Below are positions 10,268 through 20,125 of a DNA stretch of 59,978 nt, in pieces. Source of the stretch: a virus (lineage: Duplodnaviria; Caudoviricetes). The stretch covers positions 1 to 59,978 of the IMG/VR virus record IMGVR_UViG_3300034101_003213; one strand, 5' to 3'. Under the pieces are notes generated by a model. That model did not search any database and was not told the DNA's origin. It saw nothing but the letters and a program-made list of their open reading frames with translations. Positions within the stretch are counted from its first letter, which is position 1. Every line of letters begins with the position of its first letter. Made by a program: the position numbers and the translations under genes.

Positions 10268-10901
10268 TAGAGTCTCCAAAATTTTTATTAAAAATTTTCA
10301 TTGCATTTTCTAAATGATTACCACCATGAAACCCAAAATATTGATTTAAATCGTTTGATTGGTTTTCCATATCTCTTTCTAAACCCCACTTTAATGCTAC
10401 TTCTAAAGGAGCATATTTGCAACCATTCTCTAATAAAAAATCTCTTGCCAAATCACAAATAACAGCATCTTCGTTTCTTTCAATATACGGGACTTTGGTT
10501 AAAAGATACAAAAGTTTTTTTGACCTAAATGAAAACCCACCATTACCTACATGGTGTTTAAACCAAGGCCAAGGAGATCCAATGTAATCATAATTGTAAA
10601 AATTATCATCCCACAAATGCGGATTTAAAATAAATCCATCTGTTTGCATCCAAATAGAATAATCAGTTATTAAAAATGGATATACATTTTTTAAACAAAA
10701 ATTGTTAAATTCCCCGTAAGTCATAGGGTTTATTTTAAATGGAGTTACATAATCCAAAGTTGTTATTGGATTAACAGAAAAATGAAAAATGTTATCAAAT
10801 TTAATTTTTAAATTTGTTTTTGTAATAATATTACAAATTTTTTCTGTATCTTTACCAACACCATCAATAAAAATTGCTGTTATGTTTTTTAACTCAAGCA
10901 T
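10254..10901 (-). CDS. DUF5672-like putative glycosyltransferase
   Basis: QTDGFI..YDYIGSPW..VGNGGFSFRSKKL..NED..FGFH. Confidence 0.8.
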   Translation of the reverse strand: MLELKNITAIFIDGVGKDTEKICNIITKTNLKIKFDNIFHFSVNPITTLDYVTPFKINPMTYGEFNNFCLKNVYPFLITDYSIWMQTDGFILNPHLWDDNFYNYDYIGSPWPWFKHHVGNGGFSFRSKKLLYLLTKVPYIERNEDAVICDLARDFLLENGCKYAPLEVALKWGLERDMENQSNDLNQYFGFHGGNHLENAMKIFNKNFGDSNEGI

Positions 10902-11448
10902 CTGGTTTTTCCATGTACCACACGTCACAAAAGGGAATAACTTTTGCATTAGGAATTATTTCATCTACTGCTTTTTTAACACTCTCAGCAGCTATATCGT
11001 GACCACCTATTATACCACCCTTTTTTAATTTTGGTAGCCAATGTATGATGTCTTCTTTGACATCTTTATATTCGTGGCTTGCATCTATAAAAATGAAATC
11101 CAACGATTCATCATCATATGTTTTTGATGCATTTTTTGATGAAAGTCTAATTGGATTAATTATATGCTTCACTGGTTCAATATTTTTAATAAACTCGTCA
11201 TAAAGTTTATCTTCAACTATAAATGGATCATTAATGTGTTCTACTGATCCTTTCCAAGTATCAACGCAATCAAATTTAATTAATTTTTTAGAATTAATTA
11301 TTTCTACCGCCATATGTACCGAACTTCTTCCTTTCCAAGAACCAATTTCTACAAAATGCGAACCCGAATCAAATACTTCCACCATTTTTTTATAAAATGG
11401 TGCATATGTAAACCAATCTTCTCCAATACTTTGATAAAAATGTTCCAT
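10894..11448 (-). CDS. Class I SAM methyltransferase (Methyltransf_24-like)
   Basis: VEIGSWKGRS, VDTW, DFIFIDASHEY, GGIIGGHD. Confidence 0.9.
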   Translation of the reverse strand: MEHFYQSIGEDWFTYAPFYKKMVEVFDSGSHFVEIGSWKGRSSVHMAVEIINSKKLIKFDCVDTWKGSVEHINDPFIVEDKLYDEFIKNIEPVKHIINPIRLSSKNASKTYDDESLDFIFIDASHEYKDVKEDIIHWLPKLKKGGIIGGHDIAAESVKKAVDEIIPNAKVIPFCDVWYMEKPDA

Positions 11449-12212
11449 TATTCTAAGATCTCCACTTTTTCTTTTGATGATAATTCGATACCATTTAAAA
11501 TATATTGATGGATAAAATTTCCACTATGTGTAAACGAATACTTTGAATCTGAATCTAAACAAACATAATCATTTATGTTTGTTGGACATACTGATACCAA
11601 CCCATCAACATGACAAACCAAGTTGTCTATAGGGCCATCGTACCCATTTGTTTCAACATAATCAATTAATTTTTTGGCTCCTTGTTTTGATAAACAATAT
11701 CCTGCAAATCCTTCAAACATTAATCCTTTTTGTTTATCAATAACCTTTAACCGATTGTCCCAAATTGCAGTTGGATAGGTTTCAACTATGTGATTTTTAT
11801 TTTGATAGTGTGCTGTTTCTGCCTGTAAATATAAAAGATCATAATGATTTGGATCAAAAGATTTTAAAGAATCGAATGTAAATTTATCTGAAAATCTGCA
11901 ATCGTCTTCGCATATTAAATATGCTGAGTCGCTTTCATCATTTAACAATTCTTCCCATATGCTCTTATGGGCCATTAGCGCTGCTACTTCGCCAAAACGA
12001 ATCCAAAGTCTATTTGTATATTTTAATAAATTTTGCGTATTTATTAAATAGTTCTTATCTTTAAAAATGAATCCAGGTTGTTTAGTAAATTTTAAATTTT
12101 TATTATCTACACCTAATCTATATTGAAATTCGATATTTTTTGATTTAAATAACTCATCTATTTTTTTCTGTCTATCAAATGCTTCTGGCAAAGTTATTAC
12201 TCTGGTTTTCAT
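11448..12212 (-). CDS. GT25-family glycosyltransferase
   Basis: VITL..DR, GEVAALMAH..W, LICEDD, GYCLS..GAKKL, PID. Confidence 0.85.
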   Translation of the reverse strand: MKTRVITLPEAFDRQKKIDELFKSKNIEFQYRLGVDNKNLKFTKQPGFIFKDKNYLINTQNLLKYTNRLWIRFGEVAALMAHKSIWEELLNDESDSAYLICEDDCRFSDKFTFDSLKSFDPNHYDLLYLQAETAHYQNKNHIVETYPTAIWDNRLKVIDKQKGLMFEGFAGYCLSKQGAKKLIDYVETNGYDGPIDNLVCHVDGLVSVCPTNINDYVCLDSDSKYSFTHSGNFIHQYILNGIELSSKEKVEILE

Positions 12213-13075
12213 AGTTGAATAGTTCTTTTAATTTTTTGTTTTATTGAATCTAATGATTGTGATATATCATATTTGAAGATAGGAGCATTTTTCATTCTTT
12301 GGTAAACATCCTCATTAGAATCAACATATTTTATATATTCTAAACACTCTTCATATGTTTTAAAATTGTTTACATAGATAAAACAATCTGGATTAAAATC
12401 ACTTAACACATAAGAATCACCCCAATATATGGGTATGCATCCTGCTGTCTTTGCTTGTAAAAATTTTTCTGTAACATAACCTGTTTTATATGTGTTCTCA
12501 AATGCCATAGCAAATCTAAAAGAACAAATGGCATCATATTTTCTTAATTGATTTCTATCATTATCACCATTACCAAATGGTAATCCAAACCCATAAGTTG
12601 TTTTATAGGTGTTTAAAATATTAAAAAAGTCTACTCTATTTTTGTGAATAGCAGAAAACGGAGCTACACAAAATTTATCTTTTGCAGTATTGAACCATTT
12701 GTTGTTGTTTAACTCATATTGGTTCATTGCTGGAATTGGATTTTTTTGATTTTGAAGATTATAAAAATTAATATAAATGTACCATAAAGGTAATCTTATA
12801 TTTTTTAAATCTTCTCTATCTGGGTCAAAAGATAAATGATAATCACCATCTTTATATTGAACTGGCTTTGGTTCGGCCATAAAGGTTAATATTTTTGTCT
12901 TTGACCTATCTATTTCAGATGGAACATAATTTTCTGCAACCAAGCACAAATTACAATCATTTACATTGTTAGTTACAATTAAATCCTCACCGTATATATC
13001 TTTTAAGGTTGAGATGAAAAAACTTTCATCGTAGTTAAAATCCGGCCAAAAATTATGAATACTTAATCGAATCAT
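12209..13075 (-). CDS. Alpha-1,3/4-fucosyltransferase-like (GT10)
   Basis: FRFAMAFENTYKTGYVTEKF..AGCIPIYWG. Confidence 0.92.
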   Translation of the reverse strand: MIRLSIHNFWPDFNYDESFFISTLKDIYGEDLIVTNNVNDCNLCLVAENYVPSEIDRSKTKILTFMAEPKPVQYKDGDYHLSFDPDREDLKNIRLPLWYIYINFYNLQNQKNPIPAMNQYELNNNKWFNTAKDKFCVAPFSAIHKNRVDFFNILNTYKTTYGFGLPFGNGDNDRNQLRKYDAICSFRFAMAFENTYKTGYVTEKFLQAKTAGCIPIYWGDSYVLSDFNPDCFIYVNNFKTYEECLEYIKYVDSNEDVYQRMKNAPIFKYDISQSLDSIKQKIKRTIQL

Positions 13076-13889
13076 TAGTCACACTTTCATATAAACAATC
13101 ATCAGATGTTTTTAAGTTCATAACCTTTTCAAAGTTATGTTTAATAGCAGGCATCATATTTATATACCTTTCTTCTGTCAAGTCTTCAAATGATTTTAAA
13201 TCATCTAAAAAAATTATACCATTTGAATCAAAATCCTCACCAATTGAACGATCACCATAATAAATTGGGATTGTTCCTGTTGCAAAACAATCTAAAATTT
13301 TTTCTGTGTAATACTTTGGATAAACTGTGTTCTCCATTGCTATTGAAAATCGATAATCTTTAAGGCCATCTAGTTTATCTTTTAATGGGTTGCAATCTCT
13401 CCCATAAATATGTCCTTTAAACATTGGATTGTTTTCTAGATCTCTATATAACATGACTCTCTTTATATGACCCGAAGTAAAAGACTTAAAACTTGTTATA
13501 AAAGAACACGTTAAAGATTTGTCATATATTTTACAATCTTTAATCCAAGTCATATTAGATGCTGGTGGATTATATTCAAAAAAATCAGGATGCCTTTCTA
13601 TTAATCTTCTATCGTTAGTGTATATTTTTTTATATACTTTTTTGAAAGATTCTATGTTTCTTTCTATTGCTGCAATTAAATGGTGTATAACTTCGCTTGA
13701 TTCACCGAGCCACCCATATTTTGGCCCAGTATATCCATCATCAATATAATTAAATATGAAATCATCAAAATAAACTACTGGTTCATTATTTTCTGGTCGT
13801 TTGTTAAAAATCCATTTAAAATTTTTTGGTGGTTTGTTCAAACATGAATGATCTGTAAATGCGTTTGTAAAAATGTTCATTGTATTCAT
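13053..13889 (-). CDS. Alpha-1,3/4-fucosyltransferase-like (GT10)
   Basis: YRFSIAMEN..YYTEKILDCFATGTIPIYYG; ATGA overlap. Confidence 0.88.
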   Translation of the reverse strand: MNTMNIFTNAFTDHSCLNKPPKNFKWIFNKRPENNEPVVYFDDFIFNYIDDGYTGPKYGWLGESSEVIHHLIAAIERNIESFKKVYKKIYTNDRRLIERHPDFFEYNPPASNMTWIKDCKIYDKSLTCSFITSFKSFTSGHIKRVMLYRDLENNPMFKGHIYGRDCNPLKDKLDGLKDYRFSIAMENTVYPKYYTEKILDCFATGTIPIYYGDRSIGEDFDSNGIIFLDDLKSFEDLTEERYINMMPAIKHNFEKVMNLKTSDDCLYESVTNDSIKYS

Positions 13890-14674
13890 ATAATAATCCA
13901 ATCTTTGCAATAAATGTCACTCCAGTTTTTTGGCATTTCTGGATTTTCACCAAACCAATTGTGTGGAGCAATTACTTTTTTACTCTCGCTCAACCACGCA
14001 CCCCACCAACTATAACTACTATTGGCGATTACATGATAATCACATAAAGTCATTGCACACATGTCTGTATATTGATCTTCTGGCTCTGTTATGAAATAAC
14101 TTCTGTTTAATGAATCAAAAATTTTTGATGCCTCATTTGGTTCATCACTGAATCCTATTATCAACAGATCTTTCGGAAGCAAGTCTAGGGCTTCTTTATA
14201 ATATTTTTCATCCATAATTGGATGTTTGCCAACTAAGTTTTTATAATCACCAATTCGTAGATGGACAGAAATAACAGGATCTTTTGTAATACTTCTTACT
14301 GTGGATGCTTTTTCTAAAATTGATTTTTTAAAAGTAAATTCTTTTTGTAAATCGTTTCTATAGTTTTGAAAATATTTTTCACTTTGAAAATATCCACAAA
14401 TATCTGTATTATCAGGTATTCCAAAAATGCCCGCATTGTATGTAAATACATTTTCTTGTGCTCTATGTATTGGAATAAAAGTTGAACTATCTTCGGCTGA
14501 TAATTTTTCAAATGCCTCGTCCAAACAAAAATTTAAATAAGCATTGTCTGATTTTATTTTATAAGGAACTCCAAATTTATACTTTTTAGTTTTTGCTATC
14601 GAATAAAGCGTAGCATATTGAAACATCTGATTGCCAAATCGACCATATCTTCCCATCATATTAAATGAAATCAT
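13886..14674 (-). CDS. Alpha-1,2-fucosyltransferase-like (GT11)
   Basis: GRFGNQMFQYA, GYFQSEKYF, VHLRIGDY, IANSSYSWWGAWL. Confidence 0.93.
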   Translation of the reverse strand: MISFNMMGRYGRFGNQMFQYATLYSIAKTKKYKFGVPYKIKSDNAYLNFCLDEAFEKLSAEDSSTFIPIHRAQENVFTYNAGIFGIPDNTDICGYFQSEKYFQNYRNDLQKEFTFKKSILEKASTVRSITKDPVISVHLRIGDYKNLVGKHPIMDEKYYKEALDLLPKDLLIIGFSDEPNEASKIFDSLNRSYFITEPEDQYTDMCAMTLCDYHVIANSSYSWWGAWLSESKKVIAPHNWFGENPEMPKNWSDIYCKDWIII

Positions 14675-15306
14675 CAGAATTCACTATTCCTATCTGATAG
14701 TGGGCTGTCAGTTAAAGACTGCCATTTATTGGCATTTTCTCTAGCATTAGATTGATAAATCATCGGAATATTTGGAGTCAATATTAAATAATCATTTTGT
14801 AGAGCCGCTGTTCCAAGATCCCATGGTCTTTTTAATTCATCTAAACAATAATTTCCTACATCACACATTCTTTGTCTATATTCTGGATTTAAATATAAAA
14901 TTGCATGTGCAGCAAGAACACCACCTATTCTCATATAATTTTCATTGTATTTTTTTGTTTTATAAAAAACATTACCATGAGAAATTCCAAGATATATTCC
15001 ATCAGCTTCATCTGGTATTTCAATCACGGGGTTAAATGGTTCAACAAACTCAATATCATCTTCTAAAATAAGAAGTGGTGTAGTATACCTGCTGTCAGCT
15101 AAAATGTCTGTATGTGATTTGCCACAACCCATAAAGTGGGCTATAGATTGTTCTGTCCCTTCTGGTGGTGGGATAATTAAACCAGACTTTCTATGAGTAT
15201 TTTTAAACTCATATTTTTTAAATCTTTCTTCCATTATTTCCGCATTTGTTTTTGCGGAGTTTAAATTTATCCAAACAACTGGAATTTCACGCAAATCAAT
15301 AATCAT
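14674..15306 (-). CDS. GT25-like glycosyltransferase
   Basis: WINL, GCGKSH, LILEDD, AHAILY; GAGGA RBS before MIIDL. Confidence 0.75.
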   Translation of the reverse strand: MIIDLREIPVVWINLNSAKTNAEIMEERFKKYEFKNTHRKSGLIIPPPEGTEQSIAHFMGCGKSHTDILADSRYTTPLLILEDDIEFVEPFNPVIEIPDEADGIYLGISHGNVFYKTKKYNENYMRIGGVLAAHAILYLNPEYRQRMCDVGNYCLDELKRPWDLGTAALQNDYLILTPNIPMIYQSNARENANKWQSLTDSPLSDRNSEF

Positions 15307-15322
15307 TATAGTCCTCACATTT

Positions 15323-15388
15323 AATATAGAGTATTATTAATAAATGTCAAATATATTTATTTGACTTTATCTAGAGTTACTTTATAGT
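15323..15388. promoter_or_regulatory. Divergent sigma70-like promoters (glycan island and uvsY)
   Basis: Minus strand TTGACA..TATATT; plus strand TTGACT..TATAGT. Confidence 0.5.
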
Positions 15389-15409
15389 TCTCTATAAAAA
15401 GAACTTAAG

Positions 15410-15847
15410 ATGAATCTAGAGAACCTTAAAGAACATATTACTAAAGACTCTATAGTAGACTCTACAGAACTAGGTACAGAGGCTATTAAGATACCACAAA
15501 TACACGGTAAGTACATTAATTTACTTACAGACATGAAATTGCTTTTGACGAAGCAACAGCAAGAGTATGCCATTCTTCGTCTTCGTAAGTGGAAAATTTA
15601 TACAGGTAAAGCATCCAAAGAAGAACTAGAAATTTGGAAAGAAGATCCATTTGAATTGGATATTCTTAAAACTGATGTAGATAAATTTATGGATGCAGAT
15701 CCACAACTTACAGATTTAAAACTCAAAATTGCTTTGTCAGAAACAAAAGTAAAGATGGTTGAAGAATTTTTAAAATCACTCAACAACAGAAACTTTGTGA
15801 TCCGATCTGCCATCGATTGGCAAAAAATGATGAACGGTATAGTCTAA
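15410..15847 (+). CDS. uvsY: Recombination mediator UvsY
   Basis: IPQIHGKY..LKTDVDKFMDAD..NRNFVIRSAIDW; precedes uvsW. Confidence 0.92.
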   Translation: MNLENLKEHITKDSIVDSTELGTEAIKIPQIHGKYINLLTDMKLLLTKQQQEYAILRLRKWKIYTGKASKEELEIWKEDPFELDILKTDVDKFMDADPQLTDLKLKIALSETKVKMVEEFLKSLNNRNFVIRSAIDWQKMMNGIV

Positions 15848-15854
15848 ATATTAT

Positions 15855-17363
15855 GTGGATATTGAAGTTGAATCTATTGATGAAGTTCGTTACTACATCA
15901 AAACAGAAAAAGCACTAAAACAAGAACTTAGGGACTATTTTTCTTTTATGGTTCCAGGTGCACAATATATGCCCATGTTCAAAAAAAGAATATGGGATGG
16001 TAAAATTCGACTGTTCGATATACTGTCTTGTACTCTCCCAAGAGGGTTAAAAACATATCTACAGAAGTTTTGCGAAGACCGGGGATACTCCATAAATATA
16101 AAGGAGACCAAAAATCCTCTATGCATAACGGAGGAGAAACTTACACAGTTCTACGATTCATTGCAGGTTTCCGTGAAGGGACAAGCAGTGAAGATGCACG
16201 ATCATCAGCAAAAGGCTATACTACATGCTTTGAATCATCACAGATGCGTGCTGATTTCTCCTACTGGTTCGGGCAAAAGTTTGATAATATACGCCTTGGT
16301 TCGGTTTCTTCAATCCGTATTAAAATCAGATCGCAAAATTTTAATTCTGGTGCCAACGGTGGGTCTTGTGACCCAAATGGAATCTGACTTTTTTGATTAT
16401 TCAAAGTTAGATAAGTCTTGGTCTTCAAGTAAAAATATACATAAAATTTCAGCAGGGGCAGATAAAGAAACAAAGAAACAAATTATTGTTTCCACTTGGC
16501 AGTCTATTTACAAACTTCCCAAAATTTGGTTCGATCAATTTGATGTTGTATTTTTTGATGAATGTCACCAAGCCAAAGCAGAGTCAATTAACTTCATAGG
16601 ACAGAAGCTCTCAAAGACTTGGTTTCGCATCGGGACCACCGGAACCCTAGATCAGGCACAAGCACACAGACTGAGCATAGAAGGCATCCTAGGGCCTGCT
16701 GTGCAGTTTATACAGACTAAGGGGCTAATGAACAAAGGATTGTTGGCTAAACTCGGTATAGATTGTATAATACTTAAATATAATGACGAAGAGCGTCAAT
16801 TCATCAAAAAACAAAAATACATAGATGAATTGAAATGGATCGTAACGAATGAGCAACGAAACGAATTCATCAAACAACTTGCACTCCGCACCAAAGGGAA
16901 TACCCTTATCCTCTTTAATTACGTCGAAGACCACGGGAAACCACTCGCAGCTCTCTTGGAAGCAGCGGGAACGGATCGCAAAATATATCTCATACACGGA
17001 AAAACAGAAGCAGAGTCAAGAGAGTATATCCGCAAAGTCATTGATAGAGAAACAAATGCCATTTTGGTTGCCAGTTTTGGCACGACTAGCACCGGCATCA
17101 ATATTGTCAATCTTGATAATATTATTTTTGCTTCACCTACTAAATCGATTATAAGGCTATTGCAGAGTATTGGCCGTGGACTCAGAGTATCTGCAAAAAA
17201 GAAAAATCTTAAAGTATATGACATCGTTGACGATCTTTGTTGGAAGTCACACAAGAATCACATCTTCCGTCACTTTGAAGAGCGTGTAAAGATTTACAAA
17301 AAAGAAAAATTTGATCATACAATACACGCAATGACCTTTAAAAATATCTCTGAAGATAAATAA
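15855..17363 (+). CDS. uvsW: SF2 DNA helicase UvsW
   Basis: WDGKIRLF, SPTGSGKS, DECH, GTTGTL, QSIGRGLR. Confidence 0.96.
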   Translation: MDIEVESIDEVRYYIKTEKALKQELRDYFSFMVPGAQYMPMFKKRIWDGKIRLFDILSCTLPRGLKTYLQKFCEDRGYSINIKETKNPLCITEEKLTQFYDSLQVSVKGQAVKMHDHQQKAILHALNHHRCVLISPTGSGKSLIIYALVRFLQSVLKSDRKILILVPTVGLVTQMESDFFDYSKLDKSWSSSKNIHKISAGADKETKKQIIVSTWQSIYKLPKIWFDQFDVVFFDECHQAKAESINFIGQKLSKTWFRIGTTGTLDQAQAHRLSIEGILGPAVQFIQTKGLMNKGLLAKLGIDCIILKYNDEERQFIKKQKYIDELKWIVTNEQRNEFIKQLALRTKGNTLILFNYVEDHGKPLAALLEAAGTDRKIYLIHGKTEAESREYIRKVIDRETNAILVASFGTTSTGINIVNLDNIIFASPTKSIIRLLQSIGRGLRVSAKKKNLKVYDIVDDLCWKSHKNHIFRHFEERVKIYKKEKFDHTIHAMTFKNISEDK

Positions 17364-17381
17364 TCTAAAGGAGGACATTAA

Positions 17382-18014
17382 ATGTCCGACGAACCCGACA
17401 ATGTTTCTTCAGAGGATATTAAGGTTATTAAATTGGTAACGGGTGAAGAAATTGTGGGAATATTAACTAGCACAGAGAATGGAGTTTACAACGTATCTTT
17501 TCCAGCAAGAGTAGATGTTCAATATGGAAAAGGTCCCGGTGGAATGACTGAATTTGTTAAATTAAGTAATTATGCTGCTTCGGTAAATGATTACAAGGTA
17601 TCTTTACCTGTCACTGCTACAATTTTTATAGGTAAACCAAATGACGAACTTCGTATTATGTATTTGACATATTGTGAGTATATGAGAAAAGATCCAAAAA
17701 TGATAATAAGTTCGGCAGGAGAAGATTCTTCTTCTATTCAAGAAAACCAAGGTCTTGAATTATTAAATGAACTATTTACAAATGCAGACTTTGTGGAATT
17801 TGTAAATGATTTAATTGAAAATTATGAAGGCAATATAATTGAAGAAGAAGAGGAAGAAGGAGAAAAATTTATAATAGAAGAACCAGAAGAAAAAGAAATA
17901 AAGCCGAAGAAAAAGAAGAAAGTTAGACCAGAATCAAAAAAGTTACCTTATGACCCAGATGCAAATCCAAATACCGCAGAAGGGTGGTCAGATAATCCAA
18001 ATGATTATATTTGA
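17382..18014 (+). CDS. Conserved T4-like protein, Sm-like N-terminus and acidic tail
   Basis: IKVIKLVTGEEIVG; position after uvsW; GATAAATA and GGAGG upstream. Confidence 0.7.
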   Translation: MSDEPDNVSSEDIKVIKLVTGEEIVGILTSTENGVYNVSFPARVDVQYGKGPGGMTEFVKLSNYAASVNDYKVSLPVTATIFIGKPNDELRIMYLTYCEYMRKDPKMIISSAGEDSSSIQENQGLELLNELFTNADFVEFVNDLIENYEGNIIEEEEEEGEKFIIEEPEEKEIKPKKKKKVRPESKKLPYDPDANPNTAEGWSDNPNDYI

Positions 18015-18556
18015 CGCTGTAAATTTGATGGAGCATCTGGTTCCATATTATAATAAGAATACTTGAAACTACATGATGCTTTTAGGTGTGGAGAATCATT
18101 TGAATCTGATTGAAACATTAAACCACTTAATTTTATTGGTATGAGATTTAAAAAATTAATTGTTAAAACAGGATCAACACAAGTTTCATATTTATTTAAA
18201 GGTGATATCAATTGAAGTTGGGCTGAATCATTATGCCAATTAGCATATGGTATATTATGAGAAGTAGAATCAGATATATTTGTAATATTTCTCATCCAAG
18301 AATAAATACTTTTCCAATTTGTTAAATCAGAATCTACTATAAACTCTACCGACAATGGTTCATATTGAATTGCCATTGTGGGTATTGGAATTGTTGTACC
18401 AAAAATGGTAGGTTGATTCTGATCTGGTATACTTACACCAGGTAAATTTGTTTTTGTTACCATTAACTCTAAAGGATCCGTGGTTCGATTGATAAACAAG
18501 CGGAAATAATTTCCATATAAAAAATTTATGTTATCTTTGCAAGGAGTTGAGGTCAT
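18005..18556 (-). CDS. gp3: Tail completion/tube terminator
   Basis: NLPGVS..YEPLSVEFIVDSDLTNWKSIYSWM..PIKLSGL.F..FKYSYY; follows gp23. Confidence 0.88.
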   Translation of the reverse strand: MTSTPCKDNINFLYGNYFRLFINRTTDPLELMVTKTNLPGVSIPDQNQPTIFGTTIPIPTMAIQYEPLSVEFIVDSDLTNWKSIYSWMRNITNISDSTSHNIPYANWHNDSAQLQLISPLNKYETCVDPVLTINFLNLIPIKLSGLMFQSDSNDSPHLKASCSFKYSYYNMEPDAPSNLQRQI

Positions 18557-18561
18557 ACAAA

Positions 18562-18569
18562 TATTTATG
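18562..18569 (-). promoter_or_regulatory. Late promoter CATAAATA
   Basis: 5 nt before the gp3 ATG, no SD. Confidence 0.7.
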
Positions 18570-18571
18570 GT

Positions 18572-18606
18572 AAAAAGAAAACCCTCCCGATTTCTCGGGA
18601 GGGTTT
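18572..18606 (-). terminator. Rho-independent terminator after gp23
   Basis: AAACCCTCCCGA-GAAA-TCGGGAGGGTTT followed by a U tract. Confidence 0.9.
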
Positions 18607-18629
18607 CGTGGTTTACACGCAGTTAGTTA

Positions 18630-20078
18630 TTAGGCTACTGGAATGTATTGGCAGTTACCGTGTAGATTCTTAACTTGTGTCAAACGGTAGTATTGGTTTA
18701 GACCCTTTGTGAGGTTTTCACCGTCTGGTACTGGACCGTTTGCAGCAGTTACGTTAAGAACATATGGGTTTGCTACAACACCGTAGCGAGTCTTGAATCC
18801 AATACGTGGTTGGAACGTATTTGGATCTACTGCACGGACCATTTGTAGCGGTACGTATGGGCAGTAGAAGAGACCAGCATCGTATGGTGATTCTCCCTTA
18901 TATCCAACACAGAAGAAGTTAACTCCTGATGGTGAATATGGATCAATGTATACACGAATCTTGCCATTTAGGATACCTGCAAAGGTTGATTGTGTATCAT
19001 CAGCATTGATTTGAGGAGCGATTCCTGGGCTTAGGCTCATAAATCCAGACATTGCTAGAGCAGCAGCGGTATCGCTATCGCAGATGATAAAGTTACCCTT
19101 ACCACGACGAGTTTCCTTAGCGATTGCATTGCATTCTCTTTCAATTTGGAAAGTAAGACCACGGAAACGTTCAGCAGACCAACGACCATCTGAATCTGTG
19201 TTTAGATCATAAACACCCTTAGCGTCAAGGTCTCCTTGTTGTGAACCATCACGTGAAACATAGTAAACTGTCTTTACTAGTTCGCGGTTGATTTCAGCAA
19301 GAATTTCTGTGCTGAGGAGGTTAGCAAGTTCAGCTTCAGCGTCTAGACCGTGAACAGCCTTGAGGTCTTGAGCCAATTCAATTGTGTAGTTGCTAGATAG
19401 AGCGCGTGTACGAGCTTGTACGGCAACACGGTCAATTGAGAAGGCCATTTGGTTAAATGCACTGTAAGGATTACCAACACCAGCACCACCAAGGTTTTCA
19501 CCGCTGCTGGTCAACATTCCACGGAATTGTGAGAATTGAGCAGCGCTGAGTTGGCTCTTGATGAGGATTGGATTAGAGTTAGTATATCCAAAGGCGCAAA
19601 GACCATAACCAGCGGTAAAGCCCTTGAAGTCTGCTCCTAGTGTGTAACCAGAGCCACCGTATGCGGCTTGTGGTTCTTGGAACATGGCTTCGGCATAACT
19701 ACCTGTGGATGTATAGTTTTGACCAGCGTAATTTGCACGCATGGCAAAAATCAATCCTGTTGGGGCTGTCATTGGTTGAACGCCGCAGATATCGTATGCC
19801 ATTAGGTTTGGCATTGCACGACGAACAAGGCTGATTAGAACTGGATCATAACCTGCGACCCCACCGTTGTTGGAGAAGCTGGTTGGCATTCCGAGGTTGT
19901 TTGAGGTCATATCCTCTGTGAGGTGTTGTGCTCTAAGTGCTTGTTCTTGGTTTTCTAGAAGAACGGCTGTTACCTTTTTACGATAGTCGTCTTCGATTGA
20001 TGGAAGAGCATCATGGCTGAGAACTGGATTCCACTTCTCAGTTAAGATGTCATATGGTGTGTTTTCTTGAAAGTTCAT
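18630..20078 (-). CDS. gp23: Major capsid protein
   Basis: TAVLLENQE, DPVLISLVRRAMPNL, GVQPMTAPTGLIFAMR, QDLKAVHGLDAEAEL, FQPRIGFKTRYG. Confidence 0.98.
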   Translation of the reverse strand: MNFQENTPYDILTEKWNPVLSHDALPSIEDDYRKKVTAVLLENQEQALRAQHLTEDMTSNNLGMPTSFSNNGGVAGYDPVLISLVRRAMPNLMAYDICGVQPMTAPTGLIFAMRANYAGQNYTSTGSYAEAMFQEPQAAYGGSGYTLGADFKGFTAGYGLCAFGYTNSNPILIKSQLSAAQFSQFRGMLTSSGENLGGAGVGNPYSAFNQMAFSIDRVAVQARTRALSSNYTIELAQDLKAVHGLDAEAELANLLSTEILAEINRELVKTVYYVSRDGSQQGDLDAKGVYDLNTDSDGRWSAERFRGLTFQIERECNAIAKETRRGKGNFIICDSDTAAALAMSGFMSLSPGIAPQINADDTQSTFAGILNGKIRVYIDPYSPSGVNFFCVGYKGESPYDAGLFYCPYVPLQMVRAVDPNTFQPRIGFKTRYGVVANPYVLNVTAANGPVPDGENLTKGLNQYYRLTQVKNLHGNCQYIPVA

Positions 20079-20106
20079 TTTTTTAGTTTCTCCTGTGAGT
20101 TAAAAT

Positions 20107-20114
20107 TATTTAGG
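20107..20114 (-). promoter_or_regulatory. Late promoter CCTAAATA (gp23)
   Basis: Followed by a leader with an AGGAG SD. Confidence 0.7.
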
Positions 20115-20125
20115 ATATTTTCCTT

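Noticed and set aside
4664-15306. Host LPS locus or contamination
   Set aside because: Tightly joined to gp55 (the gp55 promoter lies in the gmd 3' end), uses the same promoter style, and lacks wzx/wzy/transport genes.
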